From the NCBI GenBank assembly GCA_900544825.1, contig UQWP01000001.1, forward strand, positions 15,881 to 79,880: 64,000 nt of DNA. The letters run 5' to 3'. How positions within the stretch are numbered: the stretch's first letter is position 1; every line of letters begins with the position of its first letter. The notes below the pieces were generated by a model that saw only the letters and a list, made by a program, of their open reading frames with translations, made no database searches and was not told the DNA's origin. The translations under genes and the position numbers were made by a program. The DNA is from an uncultured Prevotella sp. (lineage in GTDB: Bacteria > Bacteroidota > Bacteroidia > Bacteroidales > Bacteroidaceae). Positions 50,948 through 61,300 of the stretch are shown piece by piece.

Positions 50948-51889
50948 TTATCTCAGTGCCATGACTCTGCTGAGAATCAGCTTTTTGTATTCCTTCTTCA
51001 TGCCATCAGGCAGGAAAGAGGCATCTATCAGGTCGAGCCATTTCACGATGGAGCGACGGAACTTCTTGGCGATGTTATTGATTACTTTCTCGCTGAGTCC
51101 CGATGCTGTCATCACCTTGATGAAATCTGATTTCAGAATCTTTCTTTTTCTTCCATTCAGTGTCAGGGCGAGTTCCTCGGTATCTTCTGGCATCACTATC
51201 TTCGTGCAGAGTAGGTCGTAGGCTGGGGTCAGACCATAGCCCAGTTTTCTGTTGTTATAGAGTGAGAAGTTCTTGAGGTGCATGTCGGCGTTGCCGGTAA
51301 TCCACGAGAAGATGACTACCTCCCAATAGTTCACAAGATCGAGCTGTGAGAAGGATGAATACTTTTTGATGAGTTTGGCTACCTGTTCGTAGGAACCTTT
51401 GTATTTGTATTCGGTAAGGCGCTCGGACAACTGGCACATATCCTCCATCGGTACTTTGGTTCCATCGTCCAGTCGGTCTATTCTTCGAGTGATGTAACAG
51501 AGTTCACCATCGGAAAAGCGTATCAGACTATGTGGAACCACGGCGATTTTGGCAGCTTCGGCGAGATGCATTGTGAGGTCTTCGATTTCGGGAAGACACC
51601 GATAGCGATCGGTCTGTGGCTTCAGGATGTATTTGCCCCAAAGTCCTACGATGGTAAATCGGGATGGTTCGTTCTTGCCGCCAGGGTTCACATCGAGCGA
51701 GAGTTTCGCCTGCACACCCGTGAGGGTGGTTTGTGCGCGCACTACCTGTTTAGCCAAGTCGCCTATTTCCTTTCTTACATAGGGTAGGACTGGGGCTTCC
51801 TTGGTGCCGAAGAGTTTCTTGGCGCAAGCAGGGTGGTAATCTACCTGTCCTGGCTTGAGCGGTTTATAGCAATATAGACATTTCTCCAT
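50948..51889 (-). CDS. HipA-family Ser/Thr kinase toxin, kinase (C-terminal) part only - HipT-like
   Basis: 313 aa. Gly-rich loop TLTGVQAKLSL, catalytic motif GNADMHLKNFSL (GNxDxHxKNxS), Mg-binding PAYDLL. Lacks the HipA N-terminal subdomain, which is encoded separately just upstream. Confidence 0.85.
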   Translation of the reverse strand: MEKCLYCYKPLKPGQVDYHPACAKKLFGTKEAPVLPYVRKEIGDLAKQVVRAQTTLTGVQAKLSLDVNPGGKNEPSRFTIVGLWGKYILKPQTDRYRCLPEIEDLTMHLAEAAKIAVVPHSLIRFSDGELCYITRRIDRLDDGTKVPMEDMCQLSERLTEYKYKGSYEQVAKLIKKYSSFSQLDLVNYWEVVIFSWITGNADMHLKNFSLYNNRKLGYGLTPAYDLLCTKIVMPEDTEELALTLNGRKRKILKSDFIKVMTASGLSEKVINNIAKKFRRSIVKWLDLIDASFLPDGMKKEYKKLILSRVMALR

Positions 51890-51910
51890 ATTTCTTTTTC
51901 CTTTCTAGTT

Positions 51911-52228
51911 TTATTCTACAGGGATTACGCTGACGGCTCCAATGCAATCCTTGCAGCAGGCGAGGAGGAGCGACATTCTATCCCGCTGGTTGATTTTCCA
52001 ACTGCTTTCTGCGATATTCAGCAGCCATCCTTCGGGTATCAGTCCATCGAAGAAGGGAAACAGCACGGTATCGTGGTAGGGCTCGTCGGATAGCGGGAGC
52101 GTCAGGCTTACGGCTTCCGCACCATCCGATGCCAGATATCCGGCATCATAGGCAAAGGTAAAGCCCGTCTCGTCTTCCGTCAGCAGACCTACGTATTGGT
52201 CGTAGAGATAAATTTTTCCTTGTTTCAT
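51911..52228 (-). CDS. HipA N-terminal subdomain-only protein (HipS-like antitoxin candidate)
   Basis: 105 aa. ...GLIPEGWLLNIA...LLLACCKDCIGAVSVIP matches the HipA N-terminal domain signature (LLPEG...GxDCxGA). 21 bp upstream of the kinase gene. Confidence 0.8.
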   Translation of the reverse strand: MKQGKIYLYDQYVGLLTEDETGFTFAYDAGYLASDGAEAVSLTLPLSDEPYHDTVLFPFFDGLIPEGWLLNIAESSWKINQRDRMSLLLACCKDCIGAVSVIPVE

Positions 52229-52240
52229 GGGATTCTATTT

Positions 52241-52447
52241 TTATTCTTTTTTGATAGGAACGGGACCGATTTCCTGACCGAAGAGGAGGAGAACCTGATT
52301 AACTTTGTCGAGTCGCAGCGTTTCCTTTCCCTGCTCCAGTTCTCTTACGAATCTGAGCCCTACGCCCGATTTCGCTGCTAAATCCACCTGTGTCAATCCG
52401 AATTGCTTGCGCATCTCCTTGACGTATGATGATAATGTATTGCTCAT
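52241..52447 (-). CDS. XRE-family HTH DNA-binding protein (HipB-like)
   Basis: 68 aa. MRKQFGLTQVDLAAKSGVGLRFVRELEQGK is a classic HTH_XRE. 12 bp upstream of the HipS-like gene. First gene of the three-gene operon. Confidence 0.75.
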   Translation of the reverse strand: MSNTLSSYVKEMRKQFGLTQVDLAAKSGVGLRFVRELEQGKETLRLDKVNQVLLLFGQEIGPVPIKKE

Positions 52448-52458
52448 ATATTATTTGT

Positions 52459-52706
52459 TTTATACCCTTTCGGGTAATATGATGATATCTATCTTATAGT
52501 ATTATACCCTATCGGGTAAAATGTATAATGTATAATATCGTATTATACCCTTTCGGGGGCAAATATACGAATAAAAAATGAAAATACCCCCGAAAAGGTA
52601 TAATTTATAATATCATTTAACAAAATTATACCTTTTCGGGGGTAAATCCGTAACGAATCCTTTGGGAAATAAAAAAAAGCGTAACGAACACCTTTTTCGG
52701 GTAATC
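52459..52706. repeat. Regularly spaced array of six copies (five direct, one inverted) of the ~22-bp motif ATTATACCyTTTCGGGGGTAAAT upstream of hipB-like gene; ~42-bp period
   Basis: Copies at 52459-52478, 52501-52520, 52542-52564, 52584-52604 (inverted), 52626-52647 and 52688-52706 (partial, inside the yidC terminator loop). AT-rich spacers. Confidence 0.75.
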
Positions 52707-52723
52707 CATTACGCTTTTATTTT
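52675..52723. terminator. Hairpin (AAAAGCGTAA ... TTACGCTTTT) downstream of yidC; loop contains the last partial copy of the 22-bp motif
   Basis: 10-bp stem with flanking A/T runs. Confidence 0.45.
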
Positions 52724-52736
52724 TATCTAGAAAACT

Positions 52737-54674
52737 TTATTTTCCGAGATTATTCTTTTTCTCGTTCAGTTCTGCCTGCTTACGCTGCATCTCTTCCTGC
52801 TGCTGGCGCTGCAACTCCTGGAGGGCCTGCATTCTAGCCATGAGGCCGCTTGCCTTCTTAGGGTTGTTCTTGTTCTCCTGATAGCGCTTCTCCAGGATGG
52901 CGAGGAGTTTCTCGTCGTTGGTGGTCTTGCGCAGAGTCCACATGATTGCAGCACTGAAAAACAATGAGATGAAGTAGTAGAAGTTCAAACCTGCTGAGTA
53001 GTCATTGAACATGAAGAAGAACATCAATGGCATGAGATACATCATCCACTGCATCATCTTCATCTGCTCTGCCTGCTGACCTACCATCTGGTCACGCTGC
53101 TGGCGCATAGTCATCCATGAGTACAACAGGTTGGCTACGCAGAAGAGGATACAGGTCAAACTCAAGTGATCACCAATCAACCAGATGTTGGTATTCCACT
53201 CGAAGATTGGGTCGAAGGTACTCAAGTCGTCCATCCACAGGAACTTCTCACCACGAAGCTGGATGGCGTTAGGAACGAAGTTGAACATCGCAACCCATAC
53301 CGGCATCTGAATCAGCATTGGTAAGCAGCCAGACAGTGGGCTTACACCATACTTGGCATACTCAGCCATCATCGCCTGCTGCTTCTGCATCTGGTCCTCA
53401 GGCTTGTTGAACTGAGCGGTAGCTGCCTCGAGCTTTGGCTTCAATACACGCATCTTGGCAGAACTCATATAGCTCTTCTTTACCATAGGGTAGGTGATGA
53501 GCTTGAGAAGCAATGTGATGAGAATCAATACGATACCCATTGGGAATACATTGCTCAACCAGTCGAATACGTAGAGTGTGAAGAAACGGTTGATCCAGCG
53601 GATGATAGGCCATCCCAGATATACGAGCTTCTGGAACTCCAGGTCCTTGCCGAAGGTGCTCTCCTTCTCTGTATTCTTCAGAATCTGGAAGTCGTTAGGA
53701 CCGAAGTAGAACTCAAACTCAGACGCCTTCTTGCCAGTTGGGTCGAAGGCTGTCTTCATCTTAGCCTGGAACTGCTTCAGGTAGCCCGAACCCTTCTCCT
53801 GAGGGATAGAGGTCATGAAGGCATCCTTGTCAAAGTTATCCTTAGCTACCATGATAGCTGAGAAGAACTGGTTCTTGAAAGATACCCAGTCGATAGTCTC
53901 TTCAATCTTCTCGTCGATTTTCTCGCTGCCCTCGTTCAGATGGTCGGTGCCGCCCTCTGCCTCATGATAGGTAAGGGTAGTGTAGCGGTTCTCGAACATG
54001 AAGCCACGCTCCTGCTGGCGCGCCTTGTCGCTCCAGTCGATGCTCATCTTGTTGCAGCTAGGTGAGAACAGTCCTGCCATACCTTCTGCCTGCAGACTCA
54101 TGTGGAGCATGTAGTCGTCGCCGAGGGTATAGGTCATACTGAGGGTCTTGCCTGGACCAGCCACAGCAGTCATGGTGACAGACTTGTCGGTCACGTTGGA
54201 TGGTGTGAAATAGAGATCGCTGGTGATGATGTTGGCCTCCTTTGCCTCGAGCATGAACTTGAGGCTCTGGTCGTTGCCGTCGAAGAGAGTAACGTCCTTC
54301 TGGTCGGCAGAGCCATCTTTCACCTTGAGGTTGTGACCCACGTATCCCTTGATGACTGCCTTCTCGACAGTACCACCCTTGGTGTTGAGAGTCAACTCAA
54401 CCTTCTCATTTTTCAAAACTACTTTCTGAGCCTGACCCTTCAGCGCCGAATAGAAGAGGGCTGTAGAGTCTGCCTCAATTTTAGCCTTAGCATCCGCCTG
54501 GCGCTTAACAGCGGCAGCCTTGCTGGCTTTTTCCATCTCGGCGTGCTTCGCCTTGGCGATGGAGTCCTGAACGAATGCCGCTCTCTGCTCTTCGGCTGAT
54601 GGCTGGTTGTACCAGCTAAAGCCTATCAGCACTACGGCAATCAGGAGGAAACCGATAATGTTGTTCTTATTCAT
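52737..54674 (-). CDS. yidC: Membrane protein insertase YidC (long Bacteroidota form)
   Basis: 645 aa. N-terminal TM, large periplasmic domain, C-terminal 5-TM core, basic C-terminal tail. Confidence 0.9.
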   Translation of the reverse strand: MNKNNIIGFLLIAVVLIGFSWYNQPSAEEQRAAFVQDSIAKAKHAEMEKASKAAAVKRQADAKAKIEADSTALFYSALKGQAQKVVLKNEKVELTLNTKGGTVEKAVIKGYVGHNLKVKDGSADQKDVTLFDGNDQSLKFMLEAKEANIITSDLYFTPSNVTDKSVTMTAVAGPGKTLSMTYTLGDDYMLHMSLQAEGMAGLFSPSCNKMSIDWSDKARQQERGFMFENRYTTLTYHEAEGGTDHLNEGSEKIDEKIEETIDWVSFKNQFFSAIMVAKDNFDKDAFMTSIPQEKGSGYLKQFQAKMKTAFDPTGKKASEFEFYFGPNDFQILKNTEKESTFGKDLEFQKLVYLGWPIIRWINRFFTLYVFDWLSNVFPMGIVLILITLLLKLITYPMVKKSYMSSAKMRVLKPKLEAATAQFNKPEDQMQKQQAMMAEYAKYGVSPLSGCLPMLIQMPVWVAMFNFVPNAIQLRGEKFLWMDDLSTFDPIFEWNTNIWLIGDHLSLTCILFCVANLLYSWMTMRQQRDQMVGQQAEQMKMMQWMMYLMPLMFFFMFNDYSAGLNFYYFISLFFSAAIMWTLRKTTNDEKLLAILEKRYQENKNNPKKASGLMARMQALQELQRQQQEEMQRKQAELNEKKNNLGK

Positions 54675-54750
54675 TATTATTTTTATTGTTTTATTTTCTC
54701 TGAAGAGACAGCAAACGTTATGCCATTCTGCTGTCTGAAGCCAGCCAGCG

Positions 54751-56367
<1,617 letters not shown>

Positions 56368-56492
56368 TTAAATTAGAATTATTTGGGTGCAAAGTTACGA
56401 TAAAATTATGAATTAGCCAAAATATTTGTAAAGAATGGCGTTGAATTTAGAATTATTTTGTTACCTTTGTGCCCAAATTAGTATATGAAGGA

Positions 56493-57770
56493 ATGAAAAT
56501 AAGATTTGGATTACTCATTTTAGCTTTGCTTGCGGGTGCTGTGACGGCAGATGCCCAACGTTCCCGCAGGCATAATGTGGTGGTGAAAACTCCATCGATA
56601 GTGAAAAGTTATGTGGACTCGCTGGCTCACATCAGGGAGCGTATCGACTCTACAGAGATGTCTTTGGATGACTCCCGATATGCCATGCTCTTCACCCCAC
56701 TCACGTATTATCGCTCGCCTGCCAATCATTTCCTGCGCCTCCGTCCTGATGGAGGGGTAGGCGATTCGCTTGGCGTGATGCTCGATAAGACCTTGATGGA
56801 TGTTTATCTCAGCCGACCAGACCTGGTGAAGACTACGCAGAGACACCTGGAAGAGGTGGGCGCTCCGATTGTGGCGGATTCTAAAGCCAAAAAGCCGAAG
56901 CGCGACATCATAGAAGAGGTGGCGCCTAAGGTCTTCGAACCGGAAACTGCGCCATCGGACATCGTAATCTTCAAGCCTAATTTCTGGACTTTCGGCGGAG
57001 ATTACTATCTGCAGTTCCTGCAAAACTATGTATCTGACAACTGGTATAAAGGTGGTGAGAGCAACTACTCTCTGTTGGGACGCGTAACGATGATGGCGAA
57101 CTACAACAACAAGCAGAAGGTGAAGTGGGAGAATAAGCTGGAGATGCGATTGGGCTACCAGACTTCCAAGGGAGACTCGGTGCATTCGCTCAAGACATCC
57201 GACGACTTGATCCGATACACCAGCAAGTTGGGACTCCAGGCTTCCCGCAAATGGTATTATACCATCCAGATGGTGGCGCAGACGCAGTTTGCCCATGGTT
57301 ACAAGAGTAATGACAAGAAGGTTTATTCCGATTTCTTCTCACCATTCAATCTGAACCTCTCTGTCGGTATGGATTATACGGTAGATTGGTTGAATCACAG
57401 GCTGAAGGGTAGTGCCCATCTGGCTCCTCTGGCGTTCAACTGGAAGTATGTGGGCCGTGAGGATCTTGCCACAAGATACGGTTTGAAGGAGGGACAGCAT
57501 GGCATGACCGATTACGGTTCTGAGTGTACCTTCGATCTGACCTGGCAGGTGATGGAGAACCTGAAGTGGAAGACCCGTCTCTGGGGATACACTACTTACA
57601 AGCGTGCTGAGATTGAGTGGGAAAATACGATTACCTTCCAGTTCAATCGTTATATTTCATCGAATATCTTCCTCTATCCTCGTTTCGATGATGGAGCAAA
57701 GCGTAAGGATGATCAGAGCTATTGGCAGTTCAAGGAGTTCATGTCTATCGGATTCTCTTACTCATTCTAG
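56493..57770 (+). CDS. Secreted/outer-membrane hypothetical protein (possibly DUF3078-like)
   Basis: Signal peptide MKIRFGLLILALLAGAVTADAQ (the ORF opens at 56469). Tyr/Trp-rich beta-strand pattern. C-terminus ...IGFSYSF is typical of an outer-membrane barrel. Confidence 0.6.
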   Translation: MKIRFGLLILALLAGAVTADAQRSRRHNVVVKTPSIVKSYVDSLAHIRERIDSTEMSLDDSRYAMLFTPLTYYRSPANHFLRLRPDGGVGDSLGVMLDKTLMDVYLSRPDLVKTTQRHLEEVGAPIVADSKAKKPKRDIIEEVAPKVFEPETAPSDIVIFKPNFWTFGGDYYLQFLQNYVSDNWYKGGESNYSLLGRVTMMANYNNKQKVKWENKLEMRLGYQTSKGDSVHSLKTSDDLIRYTSKLGLQASRKWYYTIQMVAQTQFAHGYKSNDKKVYSDFFSPFNLNLSVGMDYTVDWLNHRLKGSAHLAPLAFNWKYVGREDLATRYGLKEGQHGMTDYGSECTFDLTWQVMENLKWKTRLWGYTTYKRAEIEWENTITFQFNRYISSNIFLYPRFDDGAKRKDDQSYWQFKEFMSIGFSYSF

Positions 57771-57838
57771 CAAGAGATTGAGCATATATATGATAAAGGC
57801 TCGTTCCAAATCACTGGAACGAGCCTTTATCATATCTG

Positions 57839-59008
57839 TTAGAAGCGGAAGCAGACTTCTGCATCTGCCATGGAGTAATTGTGCTTGGCGAGGGTCTTGT
57901 CATTCACCAATGCATACTCGGTGAGGATGCTGATTCGCTTGCCGATGTGGAAGTTCAAACCTGCCTCATACTGCGTCTTCTGCATGTTGTTCTTGCCGTT
58001 AGGCTGATACATGTCGTAACGTGCCTTGATGTCGATTCGGCTGTTCTTTGGCAGCTGAGCCAATGGGGCGATGACGAGTCCGTAAACACCCTGAGCCTTA
58101 TCGCCGATATTTGCATTCAGATTGCAGTCCTTGGCGTTGGCGTCGTTGAAGTTGGTGATGCTCTTGGCAAAAGCCTTTCCTGTGGAGTGGATATATTCGG
58201 AGCGAACGGTCCAGCCATCCTGCTTGTATTCGAATGAGAAGGCATAGCGGTTTTGGCTGAGCTTGCGAACGCCAGAGCGTTTCTGAATGTCGGCAGTATA
58301 GGAGGCATCATGCTCGTCGGTCCAGGTTCCCTTTCTTGCATAAGAACCGGTCCATCCGAAGGCACCGATGCGCATGCCGCTTACTGGCATTACCCATACA
58401 CCTCCGATGATGTTCTTCTGATTATCAACGTCCTTTGTGTTGGTTCCCTGTCCGTTGAATACGCCCACCTGATAGTGCAGCAGGTTTCTGCCGTTGGCAT
58501 TCTTGAGGAAATCACCCTGCAGCTGCAGACCGATGTCACGACCGTTGGAAGCATGCTCTCCGGCACGGTCACTGAAGCCAGCCAGCTTACTTACGTTCTG
58601 AGAGTATCCCATGAATCCCTGATCGATAGGGTGCATCGGATTCTCGAAGGTGAATGGGTTCTTGAACTGTCCTATCTTCACCTTGAAGTACTCGTACTTC
58701 TGCCACTCAGCAAACAGGTCCACCATTCTCGGGCTTGAACCGAGGTTGGAAGTATTGCCGTTAAACTGAATCTGGGTCTTCCAGTAGAAGTCGTCTGCAA
58801 TGCGACCTTCTAAGGCGATACGGCCCATTCGGATGTTGAACGAGTTGGATTCAGCGTTCTTCTGTCCGCTATACTGATACTGGGTCATGCCATAACCCGA
58901 CAGCTTTACGTTGCTCAACCACGAAGGCAATTCGATGGTCTGCTTCTTTTGGGCGCTGGCTGCGACCGTAGTCAAAGCCATGAGCGTCAGGATGATACCT
59001 TTTTTCAT
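57839..59008 (-). CDS. Porin (phosphate-selective porin O/P-like family) with signal peptide
   Basis: Start at MKKGIILTLMALTTVAASAQ (59008). Barrel pattern. C-terminal ...AEVCFRF. The upstream extension MRQRNKPKNKIEIK is likely not translated. Confidence 0.7.
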   Translation of the reverse strand: MKKGIILTLMALTTVAASAQKKQTIELPSWLSNVKLSGYGMTQYQYSGQKNAESNSFNIRMGRIALEGRIADDFYWKTQIQFNGNTSNLGSSPRMVDLFAEWQKYEYFKVKIGQFKNPFTFENPMHPIDQGFMGYSQNVSKLAGFSDRAGEHASNGRDIGLQLQGDFLKNANGRNLLHYQVGVFNGQGTNTKDVDNQKNIIGGVWVMPVSGMRIGAFGWTGSYARKGTWTDEHDASYTADIQKRSGVRKLSQNRYAFSFEYKQDGWTVRSEYIHSTGKAFAKSITNFNDANAKDCNLNANIGDKAQGVYGLVIAPLAQLPKNSRIDIKARYDMYQPNGKNNMQKTQYEAGLNFHIGKRISILTEYALVNDKTLAKHNYSMADAEVCFRF

Positions 59009-59033
59009 CTTAATTTCTATTTTGTTTTTAGGT

Positions 59034-60635
59034 TTATTTCTTTGCCGCAAGCTCCTCTGCAGTCAAGTCTTCCGCTTTAGCAGCTTCCAATGCGAGCTTT
59101 TCTGCCTCCTTGGCAGCCTTGGCTTCAGCTATCGCCTTTTCACGCTCTCTGCGCTCCTTCTTCTTCTGCTTGATTTCAGCGTCGCTGCGCTTCTCGAGCA
59201 ATACCACGTTCTCTACGTGAGGAGTATGAGGGAACATATCAACTGGCTGAACAGCAGCTGCTTTGTAGTGGTCGTCCATCAGCTGCAGGTCGCGTGCCTG
59301 AGTAGCAGGGTTGCAGCTTACATATACGATGCGCTTTGGCGCTGCGTTCAGAATCACGTTCACTACATCAGGATGCATTCCGGCACGTGGAGGGTCAGTG
59401 ATGATGACATCTGGGCGACCGTGCTGAGCGATAAAGTCATTGGTCAGGATATCCTTCATATCGCCTGCGTAGAAGAGGGTGTTCTCGATGTTGTTCACCT
59501 GGGAATTCACCTTGGCATCCTCGATAGCCTCTGGTACGTATTCGATACCGATGACCTTCTTTGCTTTGTGAGCCACGAAGTTGGCGATGGTTCCGGTACC
59601 GGTGTAGAGGTCGTAAACCAGCTCGTCGCCGGTAAGGTTGGCAAACTCGCGAGCCACGCAGTAGAGGTGGTAAGCCTGCTCGGTATTGGTCTGATAGAAA
59701 CTCTTAGGACCTACCTTGAACTTCAGGTCTTCCATCAGCTCGAAGATGTGGTCGTTGCCCTTGAAGAGGCTGAGCTCCAGGTCGTTGATGGTATCGTTGC
59801 CCTTTTGGTTATCTACATACATGAGTGAGGTAATCTGAGGGAACTTGTCAGCCACCTGCTGCATCAGCTCCAAGGCTCTCTGCTCATCTCCCTCCTCATC
59901 GTAATGGAACTGGAATACGAGCATCCACTCGCCGGTGTTCGAATTGCGGATCATCATGTCGCGGAGCAAACCGTGCTGCTCACGAAGATCGTAGAAGGTA
60001 TAGTTGTGAGAGTCTGCGTATTCGAAAACGAAGTTGCGGATTTCGTTGCAGAGGTCATCCATCAGCCAGCACTTCTTGATTGGATAAATCTTGTCGAAGG
60101 CACCGGTGATATGGAAACCGATGGCATTCTGGGCATGGCGTTCCTTGAGAGAAGTTACGGTATCATCTTTTTTCTGAGGGAGTTGAGCCAATTCTTCTGA
60201 CGTAAACCAGCGCTTGTTGCTGCATCCGAACTCAATCTTGTTGCGGTACTCCTGGGTTTTCACGCTGCCCATGATAGGGCGGAATTCAGGGAGTTCGATC
60301 TTGCCGATGCGGGTGAGCTGGTCTTCCACCTGCTTCTGCTTCGCCTTGATCTGCTCCTCGTAAGGAAGGTTCTGCCATTTGCAACCGCCACAGATGCCGA
60401 AGTGTTCGCACATCGGTTCCTGTCTCACGTCGCTCTTCTTGATGAAGCGAACTACCTTCGCCTCGCAATACTTATGTTTTTTCTTAACTACCTGCAAATC
60501 TACTACATCGCCAGGCACGCAGAAAGGCACGAAGATGACCTGGTCATCTACGCGAGTGATGCACTTACCCTCGGCTGCTACAGCCTCGATGGTGATGTTC
60601 TCCAAGAGAGGTAATGGTTTACGTTTTCTTGCCAT
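59034..60635 (-). CDS. rlmD: 23S rRNA (uracil-C5)-methyltransferase RlmD-like (TRAM + Fe-S + SAM-MTase) with Lys/Ala/Glu-rich C-terminal tail
   Basis: TRAM domain N-terminus. 4-Cys cluster CEHFGICGGCKWQ. MTase motifs (DLYTGTGTI; PPRAGM). ~60-aa KAE-rich tail ...KQKKKERREREKAIAEAKAAKEAEKLALEAAKAEDLTAEELAAKK. Confidence 0.85.
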   Translation of the reverse strand: MARKRKPLPLLENITIEAVAAEGKCITRVDDQVIFVPFCVPGDVVDLQVVKKKHKYCEAKVVRFIKKSDVRQEPMCEHFGICGGCKWQNLPYEEQIKAKQKQVEDQLTRIGKIELPEFRPIMGSVKTQEYRNKIEFGCSNKRWFTSEELAQLPQKKDDTVTSLKERHAQNAIGFHITGAFDKIYPIKKCWLMDDLCNEIRNFVFEYADSHNYTFYDLREQHGLLRDMMIRNSNTGEWMLVFQFHYDEEGDEQRALELMQQVADKFPQITSLMYVDNQKGNDTINDLELSLFKGNDHIFELMEDLKFKVGPKSFYQTNTEQAYHLYCVAREFANLTGDELVYDLYTGTGTIANFVAHKAKKVIGIEYVPEAIEDAKVNSQVNNIENTLFYAGDMKDILTNDFIAQHGRPDVIITDPPRAGMHPDVVNVILNAAPKRIVYVSCNPATQARDLQLMDDHYKAAAVQPVDMFPHTPHVENVVLLEKRSDAEIKQKKKERREREKAIAEAKAAKEAEKLALEAAKAEDLTAEELAAKK

Positions 60636-60737
60636 AATTCAAATTTGTTTTTTTATGGCTGCAAAGTTAATACATTTTTGTGAGAAATGAAAGAGTTGTC
60701 CCGGATTTTTTCAGTCTTTGTCCCGGATGTTGTGAGG

Positions 60738-60908
60738 TAGGAAGGAATGGAAGAAGGGGAAGATAGGAGGGGAATGGGGGAAGGAGAGGAAGGGAAAAGG
60801 TGAAAAAGTGAAAGTGAAAAGGTGAATGAGGTGAATGGTGAACGAGGTGAATTTGATGAAAATGGTGTATGCAGCGAATTGCAAAAAGGTCAAAAGGTCA
60901 AAAGTGAC
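60738..60908. repeat. Purine-rich (plus strand) microsatellite-like block: GA-rich run, then GGTGAAA/GTGAAAG units, GGTGAAT units, AAAAGGTCA x2-GTGAC
   Basis: ggaaggaatggaagaaggggaagataggaggggaatgggggaaggagaggaagggaaaaggtgaaaaagtgaaagtgaaaaggtgaatgaggtgaatggtgaacgaggtgaat...aaaaaggtcaaaaggtcaaaagtgac. Confidence 0.8.
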
Positions 60909-61150
60909 TTTTCGTAAAAAGACGAAGGGTTGATGACTGGCTCTTGAATATCGTTGATGACAGGTTCTTGTATATTCATGTTGAAGATTTCTTCTATATA
61001 TAATTGTAGTACTTACGCGCGTACATTATTATATGGATTTTTAATAATTAATGGTATTTAATAATCTTAATCTTGGCATATTGATAATTATTATATGATA
61101 TTTAGGATTCGTCTCATTTCTGTTCTTTGAAAAATCACATTCGTAAATTC

Positions 61151-61300
61151 GGCAGATTCACCCAATTCACCATTCACCACATTCACCTTTTCACTTTCAC
61201 CTTCACTTTTTCACCTTCACTTTTTCACTTTCACCTTTTCGCTTTTGTCAAATGTGACTTTTGACCTTTTGACCTTTTGACCTTTTGCCCCTTTTGGATC
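61151..61300. repeat. Pyrimidine-rich (plus strand) block that is the reverse-complement counterpart of 60738-60908: ATTCACC x4, TTTCACC/CTTCAC units, GTCAAATGTGAC, TTTTGACC x3
   Basis: attcacccaattcaccattcaccacattcaccttttcactttcaccttcactttttcaccttcactttttcactttcaccttttcgcttttgtcaaatgtgacttttgaccttttgaccttttgaccttttg. Confidence 0.8.

Noticed and set aside
52459-52706. Possible CRISPR array (regularly spaced direct repeats)
   Set aside because: Repeats are only ~22 bp, imperfect, one copy inverted, spacers ~20 bp and uniformly AT-rich, and there are no cas genes in the window. This fits an operator/iteron-like array rather than CRISPR.
60711-60893. 60-aa ORF (MTFLQFAAYTIFIKF...) inside the purine-rich block
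   Set aside because: Its translation is low-complexity sequence (F/T/P/S repeats) produced by the microsatellite-like DNA. No start context or homology.
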